Source: Chiloscyllium plagiosum
Lineage: Eukaryota
Reading direction: 5' to 3'
Assembly (NCBI RefSeq): GCF_004010195.1
Contig: NC_057756.1
Span: forward strand, 2,280,007-2,344,006
DNA: 64,000 nucleotides
Under the pieces are notes generated by a model. The model saw only the letters and a list, made by a program, of their open reading frames with translations. It did not search any database and was not told the DNA's origin. Positions 1-12,990 of the stretch are shown here, one piece after another (position 1 is the stretch's first letter; the number at the start of each line of letters is the position of its first letter). Made by a program: the position numbers and the translations under genes.

Positions 1-26
1 TCTACCTACCTACCTACCTATCTATG

Positions 27-78
<52 letters not shown>
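1..78. repeat. (CCTA)n/(TCTA)n tetranucleotide microsatellite
   Basis: Directly visible; explains the SIYL-repeat ORF 24..224. Confidence 0.97.
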
Positions 79-224
79 CATTTTTCCATTTATTGACTCA
101 CCTATTTGATTCTATGTTTATATATTGTTTTTACACATCATATATTACAGGACATATTAATTCAGAAATAACAGCACTGAATACAAAACACCCGATCACA
201 CTCAACCCTTTCAGTACTCTATAA

Positions 225-530
225 ATGGTAGCACTTTGAACATTTCCAAATTTTCAATGGTTTTTAGCAACCAGAATGAGAAACTGTATTTAGTTTCACC
301 AAGGACAATCTCGTGGTCTGCAAAGAATTGATAATCGCATTAACGAGTGCATATTTTATATTTTTTATGCAGAATCCTATTGGCAGAATATCAAGGCTTC
401 AGTCAGAATTTAATGGAACACAATATATATTTCACCAGACGTTTTGTGCTTTGATAACGAAGTTACAGTTTTCAATGTTAGAACATTCCTCTTTGGTTGA
501 CGCACTGATGGGGCAGAATCTCTGGCATCT
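225..530 (+). pseudogene. CUB domain relic
   Basis: FPNF...RNCI* (cf. SPNYP...NCxW); then after an acceptor at 372, DVLC...RTDGAES (cf. LCG...FxTDxS). Confidence 0.45.
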
Positions 531-889
531 AGAATGACACAAAAATGAACTTTATGCTTGGTCTTTTAATGTTTCTTATGTCATGGTTTATCTTCCATTT
601 GTTAAGATGCACATTTAAACTTTTGAACGAAATTCAACAAAACAAAAAAAAAACCCTTAAAACTGTTTCTGTTATAAAAATGCAATTAACAAGATCAAAA
701 GTTCCAGTTGTGTTGCAGGAGAGATGTATTCATGAAATAAGATTTCAATACATGAACAGATACATGAATGTTATTGAATGTTATTATTGTAATATTCAAT
801 GAGGCCCACAATATTCACCATATTGAATGAACATAACTTGGTAGTTAATTTATGGTATTAAGGACAGGCACGAAGGGATTATTCAAGTC

Positions 890-2310
890 CAGTTGTTAAA
901 GAATGCCGAATGAAATTCTGTATTCCAAATGTGGGTGGATTCGTTTGGATAAGACACACATGGGTACGTGAAATTGCTACAAAAGACATGAGAGAAAAGC
1001 TGACGAATATGCATACAAATCATAACTCAGCACCCTAAACGTATGGAACATAGAAAATGCACACTTGAAGTACAAATTATAATAGTTTTAGCACTCTAAA
1101 TCGACATGCAATAAAACTTCGGACTGACATTTCAAAACGCATTCAATTTTCAGATTTCTGATGCTTAAAAGAGCTAATTCATGACTTTGCTAAGACACAC
1201 ATGCGCCGACAAATTTCACTGTTTATAAAGTGAACTACTCATGTCATCTCATAATCAAATGATTGGTGCGTACACTGGTGCATATTTGTCTGGCAAAAGC
1301 ATTAAATATATGAATGAATTTGTTTACTGTGCCTTACGAATAAATGAAACAATTATCTTCAGTACGTTTTTCATGCTTCAGAAAATGCATGACACGAAAA
1401 GAAAGTGGATAAGCGGCTGAGAAATACACCTTCATTTGAGATCGACCAATCAGTGATGAGGCAACACTGACTTTATGAAGCTTCACGTTGAAAAGAAAGT
1501 AGGAGATCGTGGAAGAGTGAAAAATCCTAATTTATTTTCTACTTTGGATTAAGTAATGCCAAATATAATAATGTTTAATTTTGAAACAATACACATATTG
1601 GAAGTAAGGGAATTAAAAGACAACACAAAACAAGGCAGACCTCCTTCTCAAATACAAAAATTTGCAGATAGCTGCTTTTCGTTCATGCAATGTACATCAC
1701 AGAAGAAAATAAATAATTTAAAAGCATTGGAAATCCATGCATTCAGACTCATTCCCATCAGTATTGCATTGCTCCTTTCCATGTTTAGAAAAACACACTG
1801 CCAAGCTTGTCAAATTCAGAAGAAAAAATTGGCACCATCACATTGTCATTTGCTGGTCAGCAGTGTTTCCTTGGGTGATGTCGGTGAGTACTCCAGTGAG
1901 TGATGTTGTGTCATCTCAACGTTTGTTTAAAATACCTTAATTTGCAATTATTAAGAGAGGACAATACATAATAAGCTTACCAATTCGTCACTTCAATTAA
2001 TTCACAAATTCTGAAAATTGATTAAAAAAAGTCACTTGCAAGGATTTCCTTGTCATTCCCTAATTGCCTCCAAATGAACGATCTCCTGTATGCGCATTTG
2101 TGTATGAGTGTGCATGTGTGTGTGTGTGTGTGTGCATACGCTCTGCAAGCGGACAAACTACTGGTGAGGATTTAAAATAATCAGAATAATCAGAATTGAA
2201 TGAAGCAACTTTTTTGTACTTTTTGTGGCAGAAATGTACAGTGGAAAAACGTGGTATTATAAACCCTGACCAATACGTGTTCACATAGAGACAAACAATA
2301 GTTGGTCATC
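890..2310 (+). pseudogene. Trypsin-like domain relic a
   Basis: EC....VGG....RHTW (901-963), HTCA..HCL (1196-1225), HWC..KH, VIC/AG..SVSLGDVG (1874), KCTVEK...VFT (2232-2285), in the expected order. Confidence 0.55.
2115..2134. repeat. (TG)10 microsatellite
   Basis: Directly visible. Confidence 0.95.
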
Positions 2311-2365
2311 CTCAATCTTTGGTGACTGTAAATATTTTTATACCATTTAATCCAATAAGTTCTTT

Positions 2366-3820
2366 ATGTCGTCATTGGCTGCAGGAACAGTGCCAGAAGA
2401 CTGGAGAATACCAAATATTGTTCCCTTGTTCAACAAGGGGAGAAGAGATAACTTTGGAAATTATAGACTTGTGAGCCTTTGTTGGTTGTGGTTAAAGTAC
2501 TGCAAAGAGCTACAAGAGATTGGATTTCTAATCACTTACAGAGGAATAAGTTGATCAGTGATGGTCAATATGGTTTCGTAAAGGGTAGTTCATTCCTCAC
2601 AAATGTTATCGAGTTGTTTGAGAAGGTGGATGAAGATAAAGCGGTTGACGTGCTGTATATGGATGTCACTAAGGCGATTAATAAGTTTCCCCACGGTAGG
2701 CAATCGCACAAAAATACGTAGCCATGGGATCGAGTGTGATCTAGCGATCTTGATCAGAATTGGCTAGCTGAGCAAAGACAGAATCTGGTATTTAACGGGA
2801 AATATTCATCCTGGAGTTTAGTTACTAGTGGGCTACCGCAAGGATATGTTTTGGGTGCACTGTTGTTTGTCATTTATACAAATGATCCGGATAATGGGAT
2901 GAAGGATGGGTTAGTACATTTGCGGATAACACTATGGTCAGCAGAGCAGTGGATAGTGATGAAGAATGTTGGAGGTTAGAAGGAGACATAGATAAGCTGC
3001 AGAATTTGGCTGTGGGATACAAAGTAGAGTTTAAGGCGGAAAAGTGAGATGTGATTCACTTTGAACAGAGTAACAGGAATACAGAGTGCTGGGTTCATAG
3101 GAATTTTTTTGGTAGTGCAGATGAGCAGAAAGATCTCGGTGTCCAGGTATATAGATCATTGTAATTTGCCACCCGATTAAAAAAAAAAGTTTGTTAAGAA
3201 GGAATACTGTGTTTTATCTTTTATTGGTAGAGGGGTAGAGTTTTGGAACAATGAGATCATGCTGCAATTGTACAAAACTCTGGTTCGGCCACATTTGGAG
3301 GATTGCTGACAGTTTTAGTCATCGCATTATCGCAAGGAAAGCATTGGAAAGGGTTCAGAGGGGATTAACGAGGATGTTGCCTGGTATGGAGGTAAGATCT
3401 TACAAGAATCGCTGAGGAACCGCATGGGGTTTTCGTTTTCATCCAAGAAGAAAATGTTGAAAGGCGAACTAATTGAGACATATAAGATAATCAGAGGGTG
3501 CGACAGGTTGGATAAGTGCGAGCCTTTGGCCTTGGTTGGCGATGGGTAGCACGAGTGCACATGGCTTTAAATTGAGGGGTGATAGATATAGGCCAGATGT
3601 CAGACGTAATTTCTTTGTTCTGAGAGGAGTAGGAACATGGAATGCACTGCCTGCCTCAATAGTCAATTCGCCAACTTTAAGGGCATTTAAATGGTCATTG
3701 GTTATTCATGTGGATGAGATTGGAATAGTGTCGATTAGATGGGCTTCAGGTTGCTTCCATAGGCTGGTGCAATGTCGAGGGCTAAAGGGCCTGTCCTGAG
3801 CTGTAATGTTCTATGTTCTA
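2366..3820 (+). mobile_element. 5'-truncated CR1/HER1 LINE (RT region to 3' tail), decayed
   Basis: GTVPEDWRIPNIVPLFNKG, QYGFVKG, AVDVLYMD, HGFKLRG..RRNFF..WNALP; ends in a (gttctat)n tail. Confidence 0.95.
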
Positions 3821-3829
3821 GAACAAGAC

Positions 3830-5230
3830 TGAATTATCTTCATCAGCATCAGCATTGTGTCGTTGTCTCCTAAGTGTCACTCACTGATATTGTTTATTTT
3901 GGAACAATGTTAAGGATGATTTGACATTGATTTGTTGTTATCATTCCGTGTCCACAAAAAGCAAGACATGAGTATCTGTCGGCCTGACATGATAACTATC
4001 TATCATATGCCTTCGAAATAATGAAAAGAGAGCAGAATTTTAATCCTTCATTTTACAGAATATGCTAATGCTATTTTTAGAGTTCCTTGAATCAACATAA
4101 TTACTTTTCTACCTTTGTCCTGAGAAATACTTTGAATTCTCTTTCGAAATTAGTTCCATATTTATGCCAAAATGTTCATTTAGAACGATTGCACTGTATA
4201 TCCCCCAGTATAATCAGGAATACTTATGACACTTTTGCTCGTTTGATTATGAATATATTGTTCGATGATTAGAAGCAATGTACCTCTAAAACAAGGCCAT
4301 GTTTCTTTAAGAGAGGTTCCCATTAGAACGCTTATCTTGTCTTTATCTGCATGGTAAGTGGATTAATTTGGCAAGAAGCGCTGCAGGTGAAGTATGCTGG
4401 ATGGACAGCTTAATATTATTATTACAGGAATATTAAGCCAAAAGTCCGGCAATGTTATGGAGATCTGTACTGAAAACTTATGAGGGCTGTGTTTACAATT
4501 TGAATTCAAACAAATAGTTCTGTGATTAAGTTCTTACTAACAAATAGGTAAGCTTTCCTGGTTATCTGAAAATCTATCTGATTTCATTATGGCCTTTAAG
4601 AAATGCAATCTAACATCGTCATTTGGCCTGGTGAACATTTGACTGCAGACCCACCACAAAGAAATAGACTGTCATCTACATCTGGGCAGGTTAGGTATGT
4701 AAAATAAATATTGATTATGCTGGCTAGACGCATATTTCGTGTACGTTATTTGTTTTTTTTTAAGCCAAGGTGTCGTTGAGAGCTTTGCTCATACCATATT
4801 GAAATCTAAGTGTGTATTTCCTGTACGCCTGCTGAATATTTAAGATTTTGATTAATCAAGATATAAACGAGGTCCACGGAATACAGAGGCAGAATTCCTG
4901 TGATGTTGAATTAAGTTAAGGAAAGTGTTGCCTTTCTTATTGTGCACGTGTCATTGAAAGTATTTCTGTTCCCGTATTTTGAATTCACTGTTTGCTATAT
5001 TCACTTCATCATGCATGGATGACAGAGGTTACTGTGAAACATAACCATCATTGAGAATTAAATGAAAAAAAAAATCAGTAACGGTCCTGGTCAGTCATGC
5101 TTATGATCTGACATCAAAGGCGGTATTTATCCACAGTTTAGACTTTTAGAAGTCTAGGCTACAAGGGGTTAAATGGATTTACTTTTCTTTTATAATTCCA
5201 AATACCGATGAATACCAAACGTGGGATATT
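3830..5230 (+). pseudogene. Two to three CUB domain relics
   Basis: Exon-like blocks 4273-4353, 4428-4547, 4601-4689 with GT/AG sites reading C..GSI../WNIKPK-GNVMEI/SSFGLVNI. 4765-5230 reads QGVVES..KCVF..VRLLNI*DFD..GYCET*P..NGFTF. A weaker unit lies at 3830-4250. Confidence 0.5.
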
Positions 5231-5264
5231 CTGTGCAATGCAGATATTTTGTTCAATTTTGGGT

Positions 5265-7150
5265 TGACAGATGCATGTCTTTAACTGCCTAGTATTCGAA
5301 CTTTTGTCGCTTCTGTTGCCGAAAAATGCCCAGTGACATATCGGAACTTGAAGAAATTCGTGCGGTTTTGCACCCTGCTTGTTGCAATTACTTATCAAGC
5401 AACACTGCCTGTAGTAAAAGTACAATTTGAAATGTGTTATACAATAATATTCTGGATTAGTGGTGCTGAAAGAGCATAGCGGTTCAGGCAGCATCCAAGG
5501 AGCTTCGAAATCGACGTTTTGGGCAAAAGCCCTTCATGACTTTTGCCCGAAACGTCGATTTCGAAGCTCCTTGGATGCTGCCTGAACTGCTGTGCTCTTC
5601 CAGCACCACTAATCCAGAATCTGGTTTCTAGCATCTGCAGTCATGGTTTTTACCTTACACAATAATATGTTATATCAATTCTTCAACGACAAATCGTAAA
5701 GAAGAGTCAACAAACATCCAACACTCAGTTCTGCATTTTTACAGGTGGAGGAGTCACCATTGTTTTGAATTTGACAAAAGAGAGCAGCGTCATAGGTCCT
5801 CACTCTTCAATTTTGGTTTGTTTCTGAATTGCAAAGCAATCTTATTAGCTTGTGTCTTGCTTGTACTTGTTTCCGCGTGGAGCATGGGGACAACGACTAT
5901 GTTTGAGTCTGACTCGCTCTGCCTCTCACAGTTCTGACAGCAGTAAATTGATGACATCATCAGCAATTTTCCATGCGTTCATCAGGATTTTGATATTCTT
6001 CCAATTGTGATTCCAATATCTATTTTTTATCTCACGTTCGCCTGTTCAGTTTTTGACGCATCCATTCTTGTTATCGATTAGTATGTTTACATTCTGTCGA
6101 CTTTCCAACAATACCATGACAAAGATATTGGCTTCCACCTTTATATTATCTGCAATTCGACAGATCTTTTATTTTCTGTGAGGACTCTGTTGCAATTTGT
6201 CAGTTGGTTATTTCCTTTTCATCATGTCTTTTTACAAGAACATTGTGTCGTTCCTTTGACATCCCCTCATGCTCTTTCTGTTTTTATCACCCTTTCTCTC
6301 CGTCTCTCTTTCTTTCTCTCTCTCTCCGTTATCTGTCTGGTTCTCTCTTTGATATAGAATGCCTAGCAACGAATCTAATAGCTATTTGTGTTCGTTTACT
6401 TTCATTCAAGTATTTTCTATTAATTAACCATCTGGTCAGATTTGTAGAATGGCTCACGTGAACCTTAACATGACTTGAAATTATAAGCATACCATGCTGA
6501 TTATGAAAACTGATTTACAATGCAACAGATTTTGAGGTATTGAATACGTAGAATTACTATTGTTACATTTCTCTATTACCTGTAGATTCATAAAGCAACG
6601 AAAAATATTATGAGTGCTTTTATTTATTTACATGTTATTTGTGTGCTGGAACGTTAGATTTATGTTGGCCAGAAGCAAATGTGGTCAACTCAGTCATCTA
6701 AAGGCGAATACATACATATGCTGCTGCTCCTTGCGATAATTTCAAACTTTGCATATCTTGTAAATAATAGATCTAAAAACAATGTAACTTTTGGAAGCCA
6801 CTTTTGAAAACACAAATGTTATGCGATTGATGTTGCTCGATCTTGTCTGAATGATTCGAAGCACAATTTTATTCCTGCAGTTCTGAGTAATGTGCATATA
6901 TTAAAATCTAAATGGCACAGCATGGCTTTGAAAGGCAGTTTTCAATATCAATGCAAGAGAAATCACAGGCAATGGAGAAAAAAGTGTTAGTGGCATTAAT
7001 TTTACATATGCAAACAACTCAGCCTTGGACATTTCAGGCATACGGTTTTCTGTTGGTAAATTACACTTTTACTTTGCAGTTCGTATTGCAGGTAATCCTC
7101 GTTCGTCAGTAATTAGTTCTCGTCATTATATTGATAAAATTGCTGGACTC
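5265..7150 (+). pseudogene. Trypsin-like domain relic b
   Basis: DAC..PSIR..EKCP, SCG..QHCL (5361-5411), LNL..GPH..VCF..GAWG (5745-5890), EKYY..YLCAG (6600-6650), PW..YG..YIDKI (7023-7141). Confidence 0.7.
5449..5655. mobile_element. Short palindromic Penelope-derived element (81-bp inverted arms)
   Basis: 5449-5529 is the reverse complement of 5540-5620 with 4 differences and a 10-nt spacer; the sequence resembles the PLE end at 7261-7390. Confidence 0.85.
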
Positions 7151-7260
7151 TCGAAACTAAAGACAGTATTCAACACAGCTTTACTTTCGAAAGAATTTGG
7201 CCAATTAAGAATAGACTGATTTTTTTCCAGTTATGTATTCGGGAGCTGAGACATAATCTT

Positions 7261-7710
7261 CTAGGAGAAAATGAGGACTGCAGATGCTGGAGATCAGAGC
7301 TGAAAAAGTGTTGTGGAAAAGCGCAGCAGGTCAGGCAGCAACCAAGGAGCAGGAGAATCGACGTTTCGGGAATGAGCCCTTCTTCAGGAATGAGGAAAAT
7401 GTGCCCAGCAGGCTAAGATAAAAGGTAGGGAGGAAGGACTGGGGAATGGAAGTTGGAAATGCGATAGGTGGAAGGAGGTTAAGGTGAGGGTGATAAGGTG
7501 AAGGTGATAGGCCGGAATGGGGGTGGGGGCGGAGAGGTCAGGAAGAAGATTGCAGGTTAGGTTCTGTCCTGGTGGCGATTGGAGGGGCAGGGCTCAAGGG
7601 CGGAGGAGGTGTCCCAGAGGTGTTCTCTGAAACGTTCCATAAGTAGGCGGCCTGTCACCCTGCCCCTTGAAAAAACGCCATCCCATATTCCCAATCCCTT
7701 CGTCTCCGGT
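7261..7710 (-). mobile_element. Penelope-like element 3' end fragment
   Basis: Shark PLE terminus (gaggactgcagatgctggagatcag...gacgtttcggg..cccttcttcagg) plus purine-rich UTR and an internal RT-like piece (AIPYSQ). Confidence 0.8.
7360..7387 (-). ncRNA. Minimal hammerhead-ribozyme-like motif (PLE type)
   Basis: Minus strand reads CUGAAGA-A-GGG-CUCAUU-CCC-GAAACGUC; core intact, stem I weak. Confidence 0.55.
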
Positions 7711-7714
7711 TGGA

Positions 7715-8245
7715 GAGGCTGCATTAAGGCTTGATATAATCAGTTCTGTTCGCCCAGTTGTAGGGAGGATGTTATTAAGCTAGAGAGGGTTCAGAAAGGG
7801 TTTTCCAGGATGGTTTCGCATTTCGGACAACTGAATAATAAAGGAATGTTGGGGGGGTAGCTGAGAGTTTTTACAAAGGGGCAGAGGTTGAGCAGAGATC
7901 TGAACGAAGCTTATCACACAATGGGAGGCACGGATAGAGCCAATGATAGTTCTCCTTTGCCTCGCCTGCGGGATTTCAAGGTTAGGGGCACCCTATGACG
8001 GCGAGAGGACAGAGGTTTATAAAAGAAATGAGGCGCAATTTTTGACGTAGTATTTCTCATGTGAAATTATGTGGATACGATTGCAACGCGTAAAAGACAT
8101 TTAGACAACACTTGAATAGGAAACGTGTGTAGTGAAATGTGTGAGCAGGCAGGTATGTCAAATTTGGAATCAAGTTCTTGTCGGTATGGACTTATTCCAA
8201 CGGGTGTGTAGCATGTCCCGTCACTGTAAAAAATAACTATATACA
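7715..8245 (+). mobile_element. CR1/HER1 LINE 3' fragment, highly decayed
   Basis: cagttctgttcgccc..aggaggatgttattaagctagagagggttcagaa (QF.SP..R.DVIKLERVQK) and CR1-type 3' UTR. Confidence 0.85.
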
Positions 8246-8344
8246 CTGCCCAGAATTGCTCTATCAAAATGTTGTTCCTCACGTTTATCTAATTTAAACT
8301 CCACTTACCACTTCTTGGCCCATCGCCCGAAACATATCAAGTTG

Positions 8345-11300
8345 TTCCACTTGATGAAAAGTCTAGAGAGTTTTGAGTCCCGAAGCAGAAGCTGAGTTTG
8401 TCCAGCTTCAACTTGGACCGAACTTCGTTGGTGCATGCCAGCACGCTGAGATAGAGGTGCTGTCCAGCGAAACAATCACTGAATTTGATGACCAATACAA
8501 ACTGGAATTCGGTCAGATGCATATAATAGTTCATATAATGGAATTAGAAGTCATTTTTTCTCCTTGTATACAGAATATTAACAAAAGAATGCTCAACCTG
8601 TTCTGGAATCATCTTCCAGAAGTAAAAATTAAAGATGCAGTTCTAAAAATCTTTGAATGATGTAATGTTAATCGATTTCATGGAATAATGAAAAGATGTC
8701 GAGATTTAGGACAGTACTTCGATAAGCAACGCATTGATATTCCACCAAAAAGAGTGATAGTTATTTGCATAATTGTCAGTGACAAACATGAAGCAAACCT
8801 CATTTACAAATACCTTGCAAGAATTGTAACAAACACTTAATTGGACAAACAGGCACAAAACTAGCCATCAGTATACATGGACAACAACTTGCCACAAAAA
8901 TATATAACTCATAATCGCTAGTATTCTTAAATACAGATGAGAAAAAAACACTGCTTCGACTGGGACAACGTATCCATCAGAGGACAAGTAAAACAGAATC
9001 TCGCACGAGATTTCCTAGAAGTATGGCACCGCAAATGGAACTCCATGAACAACCCATCCATTTGGACACCATTTGCCAGACTTGGAGTAAAAGCACAGGA
9101 AATGACATCGTCATAGGTAATGAAATCACGAGAAGAAGAAATTACATCACCAATCCAAGGAAACGTCAGCACATAAACCACTGTTTGAGCAGTGGTTCAT
9201 TGCGGAGTTTGCCTATTATGGTGTCGAAATGTCTCTAAACGAATCTTCTAAATTCGTGAGAAAACCTACCCCCAGAATCTCAACTTGAGCTGCAGATTTC
9301 CTTAAAACGCGCTAACGAAGGAACACTCAGAACCAGAGACATTGTCAAGATTGGTGGCTTCACGTGGATTACAAAAAAGACATTGAATTTTTTAATAAAA
9401 TAAATGCAATACAAACTCCACGCGCTTACTGGGTTATCAATGCATGTTAATAAACTAAAAGAAAAGTGATGTAAAATAAAATCAAGTTTATGAGTTAGAA
9501 AAATTGATTTTGTTTTTCAATGGAGCGAATTCCAAAGATTATAACTGCAAGCTATTCAGCAATTGAGCATATAGTAGTGTAATGAATGCAATAGGCAACA
9601 GTTGTAGTAAATGTTGCTATTATAAAATAGTGCAGTCAACTTCTTCTAACAAAAAAGCTCTTTTGAACAGATTCACTTTGCAATTGTTACGTTGTGGAAT
9701 AATCTTCCATGCAGGTCAGTCTCTACTCAAAATATAGATTAATTTAGATATGATTTTTTTGGTAACTTTGAAGAGTATTGTTTCGCAAAGAAAACAAAGT
9801 TAAACAAATGTTAGCCAATGTGCAAGCAAATTCTTAAAAATGCAACTGCGATCCTGTGACAATGACTAAAACAATTTAGAAGGCGCTGATGCCACTATGA
9901 CAAATTTCTTTTGAAGATGATGAAGGTATTTCAAATGTCCATTGTATGATCAATTTAGGAAAGCATTGTATTGGTCGAATTCAATCACGTAGCCACATTA
10001 ACTTTTACTTAGCACTGATCTTTTCAAAAGTTTGCAGTTGAAGTGAGCAAATTGAAGAAATTTAAAGAAAGTATTGCCAAGTTATATCGATATTTATGTA
10101 CAAGACCGAAAGACAATGAAGATACTGTGTGGGTACACCGGCAGCAGGAAGATTTCCACTTATTTGGAAGGCACTCAGTTGCTTCTGTTTCATTAGTTCT
10201 GTTGCCAACTTGTAACATAGAATCACAGAATCTGATGGGTATGTAGTGTGCACTGTTTAATCTAATCATTGAGAATTTGAAGCCCTGAAACATTTTTGTC
10301 CATGCTTCAATTATTAGGAATGGGAAAGTGTGAGCGATTTCTGGTCTGCATGTACTGGAGTATAAATTTGTGAAACCAAGTTTTTTTCCCAACACCCATG
10401 ACATTATGCAGTCTTTTAGAACCCAATGTAATGCACTTAACTGACAGTGGAGAATATCAGCTTTCCAGGAATTCATCATTGAACTACATCGTGTTAGAAC
10501 ATGACTTAGCATATTGGGCAAGAAAATTAGCAAACAAACAAACAAGCAAGACTTTAACATTGTATCAGGAGACAGTAACAGGATGAAATGCTTGTTTGAA
10601 TTTTATTCCAGCGTCGAAAGATGTAAAAATCTAAAATTAAAACAACGATATATACTTACAGCAAATGGAAAATCACAATTAAACATTTATGATGTACTTT
10701 GTTATTATGTTTGATATATCTTCCTTGAAAATAACGTCCTGTATATGGGAATGACGCTTTATTTTCTGATAATGTGAAAATCATCCTGTTTTCCGTTGGT
10801 TGCCAATGCACAATCACAACTTTTATTAGCTCACAGAAATCCAGAAATGAGTTGATAAGCTTTCCTGCTTATAAATCGATTTTTTTTCTGTTAATAGAGT
10901 GCTGTATGCATTAATGGGAGATACTTTTTTTCGACAGTTTTAATAATTTATGAGTTGTAATTTTACACAAAATGATATGATTGCAGAAGGATATGGTCGG
11001 AATTTTGCTTCAGAGACTCAAAGTATGTTTAGAGTAAACAGAGACTTCCTTTGTATCTATTACATTCATACAAATTAAGTTCACTTTCTAAAATTACAAT
11101 TTAAATTATCATCCCTATATTATACAATAATCCTCGCCACGCACATCACTATCCCTTCAAAATCATTCCCTTCTACCAAGTTAGACTTCAGAATGCTTTG
11201 GTGTTATGAGTAGAATTCTGTTCTCTTCTTTTCAAATTCATTTAAAATTATTTTCTTGTTTGTAATTCGAGTCAGTCGTCGCGTTCAGTGACAAAAAAAA

Positions 11301-11450
11301 ATCTAAATTTTGAGTAAAATAACAGAAATGAGATCAAATTTATCAACATTGGTCCTTGAAACTGCGGTTTGAGAGAATGGTTGTAACTGCTATCGGATTT
11401 CTCTGACAATAGTCCAAAGAAGCAGTAAGACCAGTTTTCTTTTCTTACGT
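8345..11450 (+). pseudogene. Run of about four CUB domain relics
   Basis: 8345-8690: EFVQLQ..GAC..IEV, PVLESSS..LKMQF. 9690-9790: CG/NLP..VSTQN..FRYD..GNF. 9880-10240: FEDDEG..KHCIGRI..LALIF/QKFAVE..SYIDIY..KILCGY. 10447-10510: ISFPG/LNYIV. A weaker unit lies at 10830-11450. Confidence 0.65.
8780..9315 (+). mobile_element. Penelope-like element, GIY-YIG endonuclease C-terminus and 3' end, decayed
   Basis: NLIYK/PCKNCNKHLIGQTG.KL, HCFDWDNVSI, ARDFLEVWH; same family of 3' end as 32877-33000. Confidence 0.9.
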
Positions 11451-11689
11451 ATATAAACGTTTAAAGCCTAATGCTGAATTCTTTCGAATTGTTATTTCCT
11501 TTAACGTGCAATTTTCTGGCAATGATTTATGTCACGTTACGTAAACTAATCCACCCACTTATCAATTGTGTTCGAGTCTTCATAGAAAATGGTATGCAGT
11601 TGCCATGATTGCTTTAAAGAAACCTATTGCAACTGGAGAGTCTGAGCTATGAGGAAACGTTGGACAAACTGTCAGAGAATGTATACAAA

Positions 11690-12432
11690 CAAGGTGGCGG
11701 CAGAAGAGGACGTTTCATTTGGTGTCTGCTTGCTCTGTCCTTTCCTTTTCGTTTTCCCCCCTTGCGACTTGTCTTTTTGTGTTTAATTTTCTTAACCTCT
11801 CTGCTTTCTTCTTCCAGCCACAGACTCACGGCTTCATGTTTCGGGGTACGCCCATACTAGTGTGGTGCCCTTCTGGACCAGCCTTACAGGCTTTCGACCT
11901 GTCATATCCGATTCACAGCTCAGCGTGGTGTACTCTTGGCCTAGCATGGCATTCCTTCAGTTTAGCGTGTCGGAATCTCAGCCTGGCATTTTGTTATCAC
12001 AGTTTTTTAGCGTGACTGTCTCTTTGGTTGACGTGGTTGTGTTGTAGTGGTACTTGAACGTCTGTCCGCTCAGCGTGGCCTCAATGCTGACTCGAGCTGA
12101 TCCATTAGAAGTGTGTCCACAAAGTGACTAAGCACTGAAGAAAGTCTGCAATAATTGGACTGTTAGCTTTATTACTTATTTCATACTTACCCCTAAGAGC
12201 TTCGTCAAATTACTATTTATAATCTTATTTCATGTTTTGAACGCTGTATTTACGGCCACTACAGGGTGCAACCTTTAGCTTTGATCTTTGCTTCTTTCTT
12301 GTTCTGAATACTCCATACATATGCACCTATACCTGCGATGGCACGTTGCATGATGACTTTATGCAATTTTCATTGTCCTCCTATATTTTTCGATTTAAGT
12401 ATGTGCAACATTATAATCAAAATCAAATTCAA
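11690..12432 (+). mobile_element. Unclassified non-autonomous retroposon-like element
   Basis: Starts caaggtggcggc, pyrimidine tract, GC-richer core with repeated cagcgtgg, ends in an (aaatc)n-like tail; same layout as 37352-38170. Confidence 0.4.
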
Positions 12433-12990
12433 AATGCACTATCTTTTACTATATCTCCCATTATGAATGCTTGACTCATAAAAAATGCACCGACTGTGTT
12501 ATTCTGACACAATGATTTAGACTCGATTTGATTGAGATGTTTCAGGCTATGCGGATTCACTTCGGGAAAATGTCATCTCACATGTTATTCACGAGAAGGT
12601 GCAGCAATAAACAGGGGCATGGATTGAAGTGAAGACGTACAAATCTTCCTATAGCGTTAGGAACAGTAATTTATTTTATTGAGAGTTCCTGGATATCAGT
12701 TTCTTAAAGGGTGATTGATTAATAATCGTTTCAAGTAAAAGAAAGCTCCAAGCTGGAATTGCATGATCGAATTTTGTTTGAGAGAAATGAAATATATATC
12801 ATTATTATTTTTTCTTTCATCATACGATATTCTAATTACATATGGAACATAACATTTTATTTTGCGTTTGAATTAGCATTTTCGTACAGTTTTACACATT
12901 AGAAATTATGGATACAATATTTTATAAATGCTGATAAACATTGTTCCTGGGGCAACTTTAGGAAGTGCATTACCAAAAAAAAAAATCCAT

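Noticed and set aside
24..224. SIYL-repeat ORF
   Set aside because: Translation of the (TCTA)n microsatellite.
373..480. Cytokine-receptor FN3-like motif (CFDNEV)
   Set aside because: No WSXWS or other receptor exons; the context supports a CUB second half.
4273..4689. LRR-like (LERLSCLYL) and ankyrin-like (SVIKFLL) readings of three small exons
   Set aside because: Isolated and not repeated; the CUB reading accounts for all three exons in order.
10024..10560. Longest listed ORF (178 aa, minus strand) as a gene
   Set aside because: No recognisable motif; it is the antisense of CUB pseudo-exons and intron.
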